From the NCBI RefSeq assembly GCF_009914755.1, contig NC_060936.1: DNA of 64,000 bases, one strand, 5' to 3'. Below, piece by piece: positions 12,147 to 24,135 of this stretch. The first letter of the stretch is position 1. The number at the start of each line of letters is the position of its first letter. The position numbers were made by a program, and so were the translations under genes. The stretch is from the human T2T-CHM13v2.0 reference genome, Homo sapiens. The notes under the pieces were generated by a model, which had not been told where the DNA came from, did not search any database, and saw nothing but the letters and a program-made list of their open reading frames with translations.

Positions 12147-13249
12147 CTTAATTAATTATCCATCCAGTGTCTGCTGATTAAATACATTTGATAACCACAC
12201 TTATGCCAAGCTCTATATAAATTATATGTAGGTAGTAATTCTCTGAAGACATTTACAAGTCCATCTCTTATTTCATCATCAAGACACTCAAATTTGCTTT
12301 TGAAGTCAGTAAATTCTGTACTATAAATCCTTTTTCAGAAATATAACAATGGACAAAAACCAGTCTCAGGGACATTTGATATTATTGATCACAGCTTGTC
12401 ATGATCATTCAATTATGTGAGTGAAATCTAACTTGTCAGAAGATATTTTCTTTTTGTAGTTGATGTGATTCTCTCACTGCAGGTTCTCAAGTTTTTAATG
12501 CCTGATATGAATGCTTTGATTTCTTTTCAAAGATAGGAAGAATCCTTTGCTAAGAGCCATGCAGTTGGTAAGCAAAAACTTTAATGATTTTAGAAAATGG
12601 GTAATTAAGCCTTATTATTACTTGACAATGTAGCTATAATAACTGACCATAGGATTTACTCTGTCACTAATTTAGGGATGTTTATTATAAGCCTGAATAC
12701 ACAAAAGGTAACACAACACAAATGTGACAGAAGAAGTATAAAAATATGTTTGACACTTTATTCAGCTTTGATCTAGAATAATAATCAAATCACATTATCC
12801 CCAATTGATATCACATTGTTGATAACATCAATATATATTCTGCATATTTTCTATAATGTACTCGAAATGAAATTTTATCAGTTATCTTCATTTTTAGCAA
12901 TAAAAGATGAAAAGCTGAGATTTAGAATTAGAATATTCTATAATGCTTAAAGAAGTAAAATTCAAGATAGGAAAATCAGATACATGACAATCCCAGAATT
13001 CATATAGGGGTTACATAACTTATTGAAGAGTAATTCTAAAATATTACAATTAAAAAAATTAACACATATTTTCATTCAGGTATTTTATAATAAGTAAATG
13101 CAGCATCAATAATTCATTAAAAATGTAATGAAATTAGTGCAGTACATCTATATTGTAAAGCATTGCTATCACATTCTTTAGTTATATGAAGAAATTCTAT
13201 CAATATAATGATAAATTTCAAAAATAACATATCAAATGTTATATGTATT

Positions 13250-14270
13250 GTGCCTCTTTGTGATGGCAAGGTCCAGATGCAACATTTGTCTTTGACCTTG
13301 GAAGGGATATTTTGGCATTCCTTAAACCATTAGACCTCTTGAAATTTTACCAAGGTTTCAGGCCCCTGAATTCCAATGAGATTTATTTCCCACTTTCTAC
13401 TACATATTTTTCTTACCCAGGTATGTAGGGTAGTTGCTACTTCCTGCCTACCAGGCCCAAGCAAAATGTCATCATTGCAGTGGACCAGAGCAATTTAGTT
13501 GAATGGAAGGATAATCAAAGTCCCTATGGACCAGATTATGACAGAAGGCTAAAGAATTGATGCAATCCTGATGTAAGACAGCAAAAGTATATGCTGTCCA
13601 TGACAGCCAAGAGTAAACTTTTACCATTCTTTACTACTGGGTATAAAGAAAGCAGCGTTAGCCAGATCAGGAGTTGCATACAAAGTGCCAAGGAATATGT
13701 TGATTTGTTCAATCAGTGAAACCACATCAGGAATAGCAGCTGCAATTGGAGTCACCACCTGATTAAGTTTACAAAAATCCACAGTTATTCCCCAAAATCC
13801 ATCTGTCTTCTTTGAAAACATACACTAGCTGAACAGAGATACAATGAAGATTGACATTCTTGCATTTTTCAAGCCCTGGACACTGACACTACCTACAGAG
13901 ATTCAATGTTGCTTTTGGTTTACTACTTCAGTAGGTAGAGATAGTGTTAGCAGTTTGTGCTTTTCTATCCTAACATTCCTCACTCCACAGGGCGAGGAAC
14001 CAATGTGGGGGTTCTGCTACTTTTTGGAGTATGTTTTTTAGCCAATGCCAAAGACATAGGCAGTCCAGAACATACTCCTTTGGCTCTGCTGCCCATTAAG
14101 GTAGCCTTGCCCACCCTCCATCATTTCAGGCCAATAAGTACCACTACCTGGTCCCTGACTCCATGGGCCACCGCTGTCCCCTCTCAATTCAGAGAGCCCA
14201 TTTCAGTGGCAGTTGTTCCCAATGTTATTCCTTGCTTACAGAGAACACCACTACAGATCTTCTCTTGAGG
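13250..14270 (-). mobile_element. ERV-L internal remnant (gag fragment joined to RT fragment)
   Basis: ORF 13621-13821 [38 protein letters not shown]...DLANA matches the HERV-L RT ([37 protein letters not shown]). 13270-13390 encodes IPSKVKDK and IQGP..VKF-like RT sequence; 14100-14270 resembles ERV-L gag. Confidence 0.85.
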
Positions 14271-15519
14271 AAAATAAAAGTCTGAGAAGATGAGTTAAAG
14301 AATCAAAGAAGGTTCACTTCCTAGTCCTGGTATAATTGAATAAGCAGAAACTTGGAGGGATATATGGAATCCTGACACATCCAGCTGCAAGAGAAGTACC
14401 AAAAATGGGAATAAATAGAAATCTGTCAAAGGCGCTTGACTTTCTGTGGCTACTACCTTCGTGAGTTCACAATAAAGTATGTCATGGTAGGCCTAGCTGC
14501 TATGGAGGGTGGACAGTTGGAAACATTCTGGCCAGTAATGGAGAAAGAGGACAAAGTGGATCCTGGCCAGATCACTGCATTGATCTGCCATAATCTCTAA
14601 TCCACAAAGACCTCAAAGTATAAAAGCTGTAGCTTCACTCCTGCTTATCAAATATCATGCAACTTCACTTTTAGCTGACACTAATCTGATTGTATATCAA
14701 GAAGGAGAATCTGGGAAATATAGTTTCTAACATAAGCATCTTAACAATAGAATAGTTGAACATACCAAATTAAGGGGTTTACTATGAGACAAACCCTATG
14801 CTAAACCTCCTATATTTAATACTCACTTAATCTTTATAACTACTCTATGAAATGCTAACACAAAAATGATAAGAAAATTATTCATAAATCCACCACTTAT
14901 CGTTACAAAGAATTACAAACCTAAGAACAGGAAAGTATGTCCCCTCCCTCCTTCCAACCCTTCTTCCACCTGTGCACCAACCCTCAATGTAACTACTGTT
15001 AGCCTTTTGGTGTATATACCTCCTAGCTCTTTTCTACTCTTGTGGAAGTATAAGAATTTCTGGAGCCATTTTAATGGCTTATAAATAAAAAATGCATCCT
15101 ACATTTGTGAACCACATAAACCTCCAAGATTATTTTGTAGCTTTCAGTGAGGCAGTGAGAACATGGAATATGATTCTGATGTAAATCCCAAATAGCATAG
15201 GGAATCAGAGTCTAATATAATTTAACTTAAAGAAATAAAGAAACATGGTATTTACTTCACACCTGAGTTTATAGAGTAACATTTATTCTGGTTATTTTAG
15301 CTAGGGTTCAGAAACTAATTTTTTATTAACTCTCTTCCTCTGCTGAACAATATGTATGGTATAAGAATTACTCTAGTCTTTTGACATATATTAATATCTG
15401 GCTAAGTAGGTGCCTCATTGGACCCACGATCTTGGCCAACACCTCAAGCTTAGCCTTCTTTCACTTACACCTCTATTGTTACTAAAAGATCAGTAAAGAA
15501 AAATCTAAGAAAGGCATTT

Positions 15520-15836
15520 GTTCCATCATTATTCTTAGAGTTGATTTTTATTGTTTCACAATTCTTCCATCTTTGCTTTTGCCATAGTTCACTTATGAAC
15601 AGAGTATTATACCTTTCTATCCCACTTGGGCTTAGCTATTATGACCTGCTTTAACGAATGGAATCTGAGTAGAAGTTATAGTGGGTAGTAATGAGGAAAC
15701 AGTTGATTTTGACCAACAGACTGAAGAAAAACTCCTCCAGCTGACTTTCTGAATGCTAAGTGGGAAACAAGTGTCTATATTGAAAACTATATGAGTTTGC
15801 AGTTGATAAATGTGCAGTATTATCAGAGTAATAACT
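15520..15836 (+). mobile_element. Old MLT1 (I/J-like) LTR remnant
   Basis: cttgggcttagctattatgacctgctttaacgaatggaatctgagtagaagt and a 3' end tgcagtattatcagagtaataacta. Confidence 0.5.
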
Positions 15837-16740
15837 AGTCTTTCTAACTACAGATGTGGAGAAATAGATTCTTCTTTCTTTTTTTTTTTTTTAGAAATGT
15901 ATAATTTATTATTATTATACTTTAAGTTTTAGGGTACATGTGTACAACATGCAGGTTTGTTACATATGTGTACATGTGTCATGTTGGTGTGCTGCACCCA
16001 TTAACTCGTCATTTAGCATTAGGTATATCTCCTAATGCTATCCCTCCCCCCTCCCCCTATCCCACAACAGCCCCTGGTATGTGATATTCCCTTTCCTCTG
16101 TCCATGTGTTCTCACTGTTCAATTCTCACCTATGAGTGAGAACATGTGGTGTTTGGTTTTTTTGTCCTTGCAATAGTTTGCTGAGAATGATGGTTTCCAG
16201 CTTCATCCATGTCCCTACAAAGGACATGAACTCATCATTTTTATGGCTGCATAGTATTCCATGGTGTATATCTGCCACGTTTTCTTAATCCAGTCTATCA
16301 TTGTTGGACATTTGGGTTGGTTCCAAGTCTTTGGTATTGTGAATAGTGCTGCAATAAACATACGTGTGCATGTGTCTTTATAGCAGCATGATTTATAATC
16401 CTTTGGGTATATACCCAGTAATGGGATGGCTGGGTCAAATGGTATTTCTAGTTCTAGATCCCTGAGGAATCGCCACACCGACTTCCACAATGGTTGAACT
16501 AGTTTACAGTCCCACCAACAATGTAAAAGTATTCCTGTTTCTCCCCATCCTCTCCAGCACCTGTTGTTTCCTGACTTTTTAATGATTGCCATTCTAACTG
16601 GTGTGAGATGATATCTCATTGTGGTTTTGATTTGCATTTCTCTGATGGCAAGTGAGTTTGCAGTTGATAAATGTGCAGTATTATCAGAGTAATAACTAGT
16701 CTTTCTAACTACAGATGTGGGGAAATAGATTCTTCTTTCT
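15792..16740. repeat. 88-bp direct repeat (15792-15879 and 16653-16740) flanking the L1
   Basis: tgagtttgcagttgataaatgtgcag...aatagattcttctttct occurs twice, 87/88 identical. Confidence 0.97.
15880..16652 (-). mobile_element. 5'-truncated LINE-1, L1PA3/4-like
   Basis: Poly-T, then antisense L1 3' UTR (ttatactttaagttttagggtacatgtg). ORF 16215-16808 carries the ORF2 CCHC region ([18 protein letters not shown]). Flanked by an 88-bp direct repeat. Confidence 0.96.
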
Positions 16741-19314
16741 AATAGATGGATAGAGAACTCAATACCATGTATACATAAATAACAGCATGATATCACATTA
16801 GCGATCACATTCAGGGATATAAATTCAATAATGAAGGGTCAGAAATAAAGATTTCTAAAATAAACCACTATTTTCCAGGTTTTAGTTCCTTCTGAATACA
16901 ATGGTAGCTGATAAATTAACTATCAAACTGTGTTACAGTATGAAGTTATACCAAAAGAAAAATTGATAGAATTAAATATTTTTATTATTAAATGAAAACA
17001 AGTAAAAGCAAGTAGCAAATATCTAGCCCAAAAAATTAGAAAGAGGACCAAAAACAAACAAAGTCTAAGGAATACAAAAGGACAGAAATAATAAAGATGA
17101 AAACAAATATTAATAAACTAGAAAACAGAATGAAGGATAAATCTAAGAACCAAATATTTTATGGTAAAGAAAAGCATAAAATAGTCTAACATCTAATAAG
17201 TTTTATCAAGATAATGTGAAAATAATACAGAATATGAATAAAATTAAGAATGAGAAAATAAATATAAAATTGATCATGATAAATAAGAGATAGTTTGACA
17301 TGAGATAAAATTAAAGTATCATTACATAATCTGAAAACAACAAAGCACAAATACTTCAGCAAAGTTCTAAAAATATTTTTAAAATAAAAAATACTATATG
17401 TCCTAAATCAGCCAATGACCTCATAATTAACAGGAAAGCACTAGAGAAATTCTCATTAAAATCAGAAGCAGTAAAAGATGCTGGGCACAGCATCATCACT
17501 ATAGTTTAACATTTCACTGAGTGTCTTAAAACAAGGCTGGAATAATTGGAAAACCATACTATGCACCCAGCTGAAGAAAAAATACATTAAAAATCTTCTC
17601 TAATTACTATGTAGGTTTAATGCTATTCAAATTATATCCCAAGTGATTGTTTTTAGACATTCACAGAATGTTTCCAAAGTTTATCAAGAAGAGTCAATGG
17701 ATTGAAAGATCCAAAAAAGTTTTTTAAAGAAATGAGGAAGATTTTCTATGACTGATATTTAAAATAATTAAAACTGCAAAAGATCCAAGAAGATTGTCAT
17801 GCAAGAATTGACAAATAGATAATCAGAATGTCATAAATTGTACAGAAATAGATTTTCACAATGATATTAGAAAACAATGAGAGTGGTATTATCAATCTGT
17901 AGGTGGACAGGCAGATAGAAAGACAGAAAAGATGATTCAATAAATAAGGTTGGGAAAAAATGGTTACTTCTTTGATAAATGAAATATATGCTCATCTAAC
18001 ATCGTACCAAAAACTCAATTCCAAGTTAATAAAAATATTAAGTAAAAATAAAATCATTAAAACAGAAAATATTTACTAAGTATTTGTCAGATCACAAGGT
18101 AGAAAAATATCTTTTGTTAGTTAATGCCCTTAATCTTTTCATTTTAGAAATTGATAAATCTGCAAAAAGCAGTGTCCATTATTCAGCAACCATTATTCAT
18201 ATTCTACAACCTTCTGTGACATTGATAAGCCAAGTTATGCAGGAAAAATTCTACATGTTACATATGTATAGTTAGAAAAAAAGAAGCCAAAAGTATAATG
18301 GCCTATTTTTCAGGTTTTTAACAACTTGATAGAGAAAACACCCTGCAATAATTAGCTAGCTAATTATATACTTTATACATTCAACCTGAAATCAATGAAA
18401 ACAAAAAAAATAAAAAAATAGCATCTTGAATTAAATAAGAAAATAGTTGCAAATTTAAAACACAAGCTAACAAAAATATTTGCCAAACAGTGCACTTCAG
18501 AACAAATTGGGAAAGGATATAACTTTTTGGACTTTAGGGAAAATTTATCAAGAAGTAAATGGTGCACCTCTGAAAGGTCCTAGCATCATTTACTTAGACT
18601 GGTAAGAATTGTGAGCATGAACCAGGACAGGAAGAGTAAACAAGATCCTCACGGGGACTCAGTTTCATACTGTAGAATAGCAGAGTGCCATTCTGGAAGT
18701 CAGTGCACTTCTAAAGGGAAACAAGAAATAAAAATAGTGAGACAGAAAAGACAAAATAACCATTGTTTGCAGTAAATATGACTCTATATTTAGAAAACAC
18801 AAGAGAAATCAACTAAAAAAATCGATGTGAAACAATAAGAAAAAAGACAATCAGGAGACAGATTAAAAAAAATAAAATATAAAAGCAACAGCTTTTCAAT
18901 ATTTAAACCACAGCAAGTTAGAAAATTTAATGGTTAAATAAATCTCATTTTCAATAGGAATAACAGAAGATAAAACACTTAGGAAAAAGTTTAACAAGAA
19001 TTGTGTGGGGTGATATAAAGAAAACTTTAAAACTCTACTGAGGCATATTAAAAAGCGTTGAAAGATAAATGGAAACATAACTTGTGGAAACCAAAATTTC
19101 ACATTGTAAATTTGTTTATTCTCCAAATTCACCTATTGAATCAATACAGCTTGAAACAAAATAATTTAAAGTAAAATGTTAACTTTGACCTGGTAAAATA
19201 AACATGCAGAAATGGGCGAGAAAATTAAGAAAAGAAAAATGAAGAGCCCTACAGAATATTAAAACGTCATTGAGTTACACAAATTAGAACAGCTTGGTAC
19301 AAGTGAAACAATAT

Positions 19315-20190
19315 CCTCATGGCTCTCAAACAGCACATAAGAATCACCTAGGATGCATATTAACTCTTAATTTCCCTATGGATCAAACATCTCAAAATTC
19401 TGATTTTCTAGATCTGTTCTGTAGCATGAAAATATGCATTTTAACAGGATTCCCAGATGATTGCAACACAAGTAAAGTACAAGGATCCGTCCCATAACTA
19501 ATCCACCAGTTTAACTGAGGACCTCTATTTGCACTATAAAAAATACCATATGATGTCTCCAACATACTAAAAACAGTCAATGGGCCACACTGTTGCACTC
19601 AATGAATTTGTTTCCATGGTTGAATTCTTTGTTTTCTTTCTCAGAACTAAAACTGAAAAAACTAGGAACTATTTATGCCCATTTACATCAAAAAATTACC
19701 TAATTGAATTGAATATTCTATAAGCCCATGAAATGTGAGTTCAAAAAGGTTTCTATTAAAACTAAATTAAATGTTTTAGAAAAACGCAAAGTAAATTGAT
19801 TTTTAAAAATTATTTTAAACTGTAGTGGATGAGAAATCTATAACAGGCTAGGACACAAATTTTAAAAAAAATTCAGAGATTACTCACAAAATCTTTCTTT
19901 AAGATCTTGCACATATTAAAGATAGGAACATCTTTATTACAAGATTGCTAACACAAAAATTAACAATAGATGCATAGTCAAAAAACATGCCTGAAATCTA
20001 ATTGAAGAGATTGGCAAATGAATGTGCATTTATATGTTTTAAATTAAAACGTTAGAGACATTCTGTATTTTTATACGTCTCCAACCAATTTTCTGTTTGT
20101 TTGTTTATTAACAGACCAAATACTATTACCAATCATGCTGGCTAAGGGGACATCTTCTTGAATGCAAGAACCACAATTTGAGAAACATTA
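19315..20190. mobile_element. MER5A-like hAT MITE split by a Tigger insertion
   Basis: Left part: tggctctcaaac...cataagaatcacctagg...attctgatt...atgcattttaacaggattcccagatgatt. Right remnant: aaccacaatttgagaaaca at ~20169-20187. Confidence 0.6.
19476..20160 (+). mobile_element. Tigger13a-like TcMar DNA transposon
   Basis: Recalled Tigger13a blocks gtttctattaaaactaaattaaatgttttagaaa, agattggcaaatgaatgtgcatttatatgttttaaattaaaa, attaacagaccaaatacta...ggctaagggg. Confidence 0.65.
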
Positions 20191-21589
20191 TAATAGACAA
20201 ACAAATGAAACAGAATAGAATGTTCAGAAATCAGCCAGTTAAATAGGAAATTTGAAAATATATATTTTAAATAGAGAAAAGATAGATAAATCAATAAACA
20301 ATATTTAAAATATCAAGTCACTTTAAAAACTGTTATAAAGCTGGATCCTGTTCTTACTCTTATAAAACATTTTAAAAGACAAATATAATATAATGTAATA
20401 ATTCAGGCCATAAAGGGACAAAAAAAATCTTTTAAATAAATGATGTTTATAATAGAATTAAAATGAGAGTGATCTTTTAAGTATTATATTATATATAAGC
20501 CATAAAGAAAAGATTTACATATTGACTATATGCATATTTTAATTTTACTGTGAAAAAGTCAAAGACAACACAGCTAAAAAATAACAAGCCAGGAAAAGTA
20601 TTCTCAACATATATGACCGAATGAAACTTAATTTTTTACTATAAAAATGCTCTTATAAATTAATAAAACACTCCATTTAAAAATGGACAAAGCCAGGAGT
20701 TTATGACCAGCTTGAGCAACATAGAGAGATACTATAAAAAAAATGGACAAAGGACATTACAAATAGTTTACGGAAAAAATAAAATTAAAATAAGCAATAA
20801 AAATGTGACGCATACTCAATCACAGTCATAACTAAACAAATGCACATTAAAACAAAAATGAGTTACAGTGTTTCACCAGGTAGACTGGTAAGATTAAAAT
20901 GATTACTGAAGTCCAATATTCACAGGAATTTGGGGAACTATAAATTTCTGCAACATTTTTGGAGACTAATTTGGATATATATATTAAATTTAATATGCAC
21001 ATGTACTCTGACCTCTCAATTCCATTCAAAGAATTTGTTCTATAGATATAATATCACAAGTTCCCAAATAGTTATAACACTAATAATCTTTTTCTTGCTT
21101 AAATTAGCTAAATTTGCAACTTGGAGTCCTGGCGAATACAATTTATCTTACATAAATATAGCTAAATCACTAAAAAAACTGTTCGAATTTCAATCTTAAA
21201 AATTAAGTGCTCCGCAGGAACAAATAGTCCCTCCCTAAACCATAAATTTCTCCACTACAGGTTATGCACAGTGAGAATGAGAATCACATCCATCTGTTCA
21301 CAGTTGTATCTCCATTGCCTGTATCAGTGCTGACAGGTAAAAAAACGTTCAATTAATAGTTATTAAATTGAACTGAGAAAAAGAAACATTCTAATAATAT
21401 AAGAAAATTTTCCGATATAGCCGAAGTACACATACCCTTTGATCAAGCAATTTCATTTTTCAATTATTTTTCTTACAGAAACACTCACAAAGGTGTGATA
21501 TAATGTCCACAAAAGTATCATTTGCAATACTGTATTTGGCAAAAACCTTATAACAAGAACAAGCAAGTTCTGTAAGACACACTTCCAGG

Positions 21590-22366
21590 TTAAAAAGGAA
21601 ACCCTTGTACACTGTTGATGCAATTGAAAATTAGTACAGCCATTACAGAAAACAATATGGAGGCTCCCCAAAAAAATGAAAGATTGAACTATCTCATGAT
21701 CCAGCAATGCCACCTTTGGGTATACACCCAAAAGAAATGAAATCCGCCTCTCGAAAAGATGTCGGCATTTCCATGTTCATTGCAGCATTATTCACAATAG
21801 CCAAGATATGGAAACAACCTAAGTGTCCCTTAGTGAATAAATAAAGAAAATATACTACATATACACAAAGGAATATTATTCAGCATTTAAAAATAAGGAA
21901 ATCCTGACATTTTCCACAACACGAAAACCTAGAGGGCATTACACTAAGTGAAATGAGTCAGACACAAAAAGACAAATACTGCATGATCTCCCTTATACTT
22001 GGAATATAAAAAATTCAAACTCACAGAAACAGAGAATAGAATGGTGTTTACCAAGGGCTGGGCAGGGGGATACAGGGAATGTTGGTCAAAGAATACAAAT
22101 TTTCAAGATTAAGTGCTAGAGATCTAATGTACAGCATGATGATTGGTTAATGATAATGTGCTATATACTTAAAATTTACTAAGAGACTAGAGCTTAATTG
22201 TTCTCCCCAGGGGAAAAAAAAGAAAAGTAAAGTAAATATTTGAGGTGATGGATAGGTTAATTAGCTTGATTGGGAGAATCATTTCATAATGAATACATAT
22301 AACATCATATTGTGTACCTTAAATATATACAAGGTTTATTTGTTGATCATGCCTCAGCAAAGCTGG
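21590..22366 (+). mobile_element. L1MA8/9-like LINE-1 3' end
   Basis: aggaaacccttgtacactgttg...tgatccagcaatgccac...catgttcattgcagcattattcacaatagccaagatatggaaacaacctaagtgtcc...tgcctcagcaaagctgg. Confidence 0.88.
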
Positions 22367-22598
22367 CTGGGGGGAAAGATGCTGAGGAGTTTTTATAGAA
22401 TGCAACTTGAAGTGGAGCTGCAGGGCTTTCAATGTGTCTAGGTAGTCTGGCAAAAAAAATGTGGCAAGTTCCCACAGTAATCAAATTATAAAACCAAATC
22501 AAGGATTCTACTGAGAGGATCTTTAAGGGACCAGAGAGTCATAATTATTGACCAATTCCGAAGTTGTAGGGGTATAAAAGGAAAGGCCATTCTGATAC

Positions 22599-23740
22599 TG
22601 TTAAAGAAAAAATTATTAAATGATACTTGTTAAAGCACAGTAAGACAAACTTTATTCAGGACCATCATGATAGGTACAGGGACCACTACAACAGGGTCTC
22701 ACAGTGGGAGAAATTGGGCTTAACTCCAAATATAGCCAAGGAACAGTGTGGGAGTCAGTGGATGGAAAATGACTAAGAGGAAACATCAGGAATAAGGGGG
22801 TTTCTGGTTCAACTGACCAATTGGTTCTTGCTGAAAACAGGCCAGGGTGATCAGACATCACCTAGTAGATGGTGGAGGATGAGGAATTTGATCAGATATA
22901 GAGAATAGGAGGTTCTTGCTAGCTGACTTAGCAGTGTTATTTGTTGAAACTGGATTTTATAAGGAAATGTGAAACCACCTTTGCAAAAATTATAACAGTG
23001 AGAAAATTACGACAGTGAAAGAGATCTGATCTAACCAACCCTGATCATGCCTCTACCTTCCAAACTGCCCTCAGTCATTCCTGGGCTTCAGCCAAGCTAA
23101 CTTTGGGAGAAATTTAGTGTATAGTTTAAATGATAACAGCCCTTCTCCAGAACTAAACCACCTTTGTAAAACTAATGAAAGGCCACCAGGTTAGGAGGAT
23201 GACAGGAGCCTGAATTCTCCTAAGTATAGACATCAATGATTAGCAGCTATTATTCCAGAGATCACAAGATTTGCAACTTCTCCAATTACTCCTGCAGAGA
23301 ACATCACTATTGTAGAACATAAGATTGGCCTTTTGAGATGTCTTTCTCCACTCAAATTTGCCAACCAGTCCTGTGGCTTCACCCAGGCGTAGACTCAGCA
23401 TGCATGAAGACCTTTTTCCACACTCCTATAGCTATACCCCCTCCCACAACCAATCAGCAGCACCCACTCACTAGCCAGTATCTTTTCCAAAAACTATCTT
23501 TGAAGAGCCCTAGTCTCCAAATTTTCAGGGAGGCTAATTTGAATAATAATAAAATTCTACTCTCCTCTTTAGCCAGCTCTATGTGTGAAAAACTAAACTC
23601 CTTATTGTATTTCCCCTGTCATGGAAAATTGTCTCTATCTGAGCAGCAGGCAAAAAGAACCCATTTGATGGTTCCAAGTGCACACATGGGCCTTTGGTCA
23701 GAAGCCTGACCAAAGTTGGCCAAGCAAAGAATCTTTGTCA
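22599..23740 (-). mobile_element. MER31-like ERV1 solo LTR, interrupted by LTR8
   Basis: The reverse complement begins tgacaaagattctttgcttggccaactttggtcaggc, as in MER31. TG...CA ends; perfect 4-bp TSD ATAC at 22595-22598 and 23741-23744. Confidence 0.8.
22970..23676 (+). mobile_element. LTR8-family (LTR8A/B-like) ERV1 solo LTR
   Basis: Starts tgaaaccacctttgcaaaaattataacagtgagaaaatta, contains gccaagctaactttgggagaaatttag, ends ggttcca. 4-bp TSD aatg/agtg. Confidence 0.85.
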
Positions 23741-23777
23741 ATACATAACAAAAACCATCAAAGAGATGTACTCCTGC

Positions 23778-24135
23778 TGATATGATTTGGCTGTGTCCCC
23801 ACCCAAATCTCATCTTGAATTCCCACATGTTGTGGGAGGGACCTAGTGGGAGGTAATTGAAACATGGGGGCAAGTCTTTCCTGTGCTGTTCTCAGATAGT
23901 GAGTAAGTCTCACGAGATCTGATCATTTTAAAAAGAGGAGATCCCCTGCACAAGCTCTATCTCTCTTTGCCTGCTGCCATCCATGTAAGACGTGACTTGC
24001 TCCTCCTTGCCTTCTGCCGTGATTGTGAGGCTTCTCCAGCCACGTGGAACTCTAAGTCCAATTAAATGTCTTTCTTTTGTGAATTGCCCAGTCTCAGGTA
24101 TGTTTTTATCAGCAGCATGAAAACTCATTAATACA
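23778..24135 (+). mobile_element. THE1A-like solo LTR
   Basis: tgatatgatttggctgtgtccccacccaaatctcatc...ttaataca; TSD cctgc/cctgt. Confidence 0.92.

Larger units (their letters stand above)
16900..21560 (+). mobile_element. Highly degraded ancient L1M/L1ME ORF2-region fragments, interrupted by MER5/Tigger and L2
   Basis: A-rich sequence with L1 ORF2 landmarks (gaaataataaagatgaaaac...ctagaaaacaga; ttgtttgcagtaaatatgactctatatttagaaaac; aatgaaacagaatagaatgttcagaaa; aaaatggacaaaggac). Confidence 0.7.
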
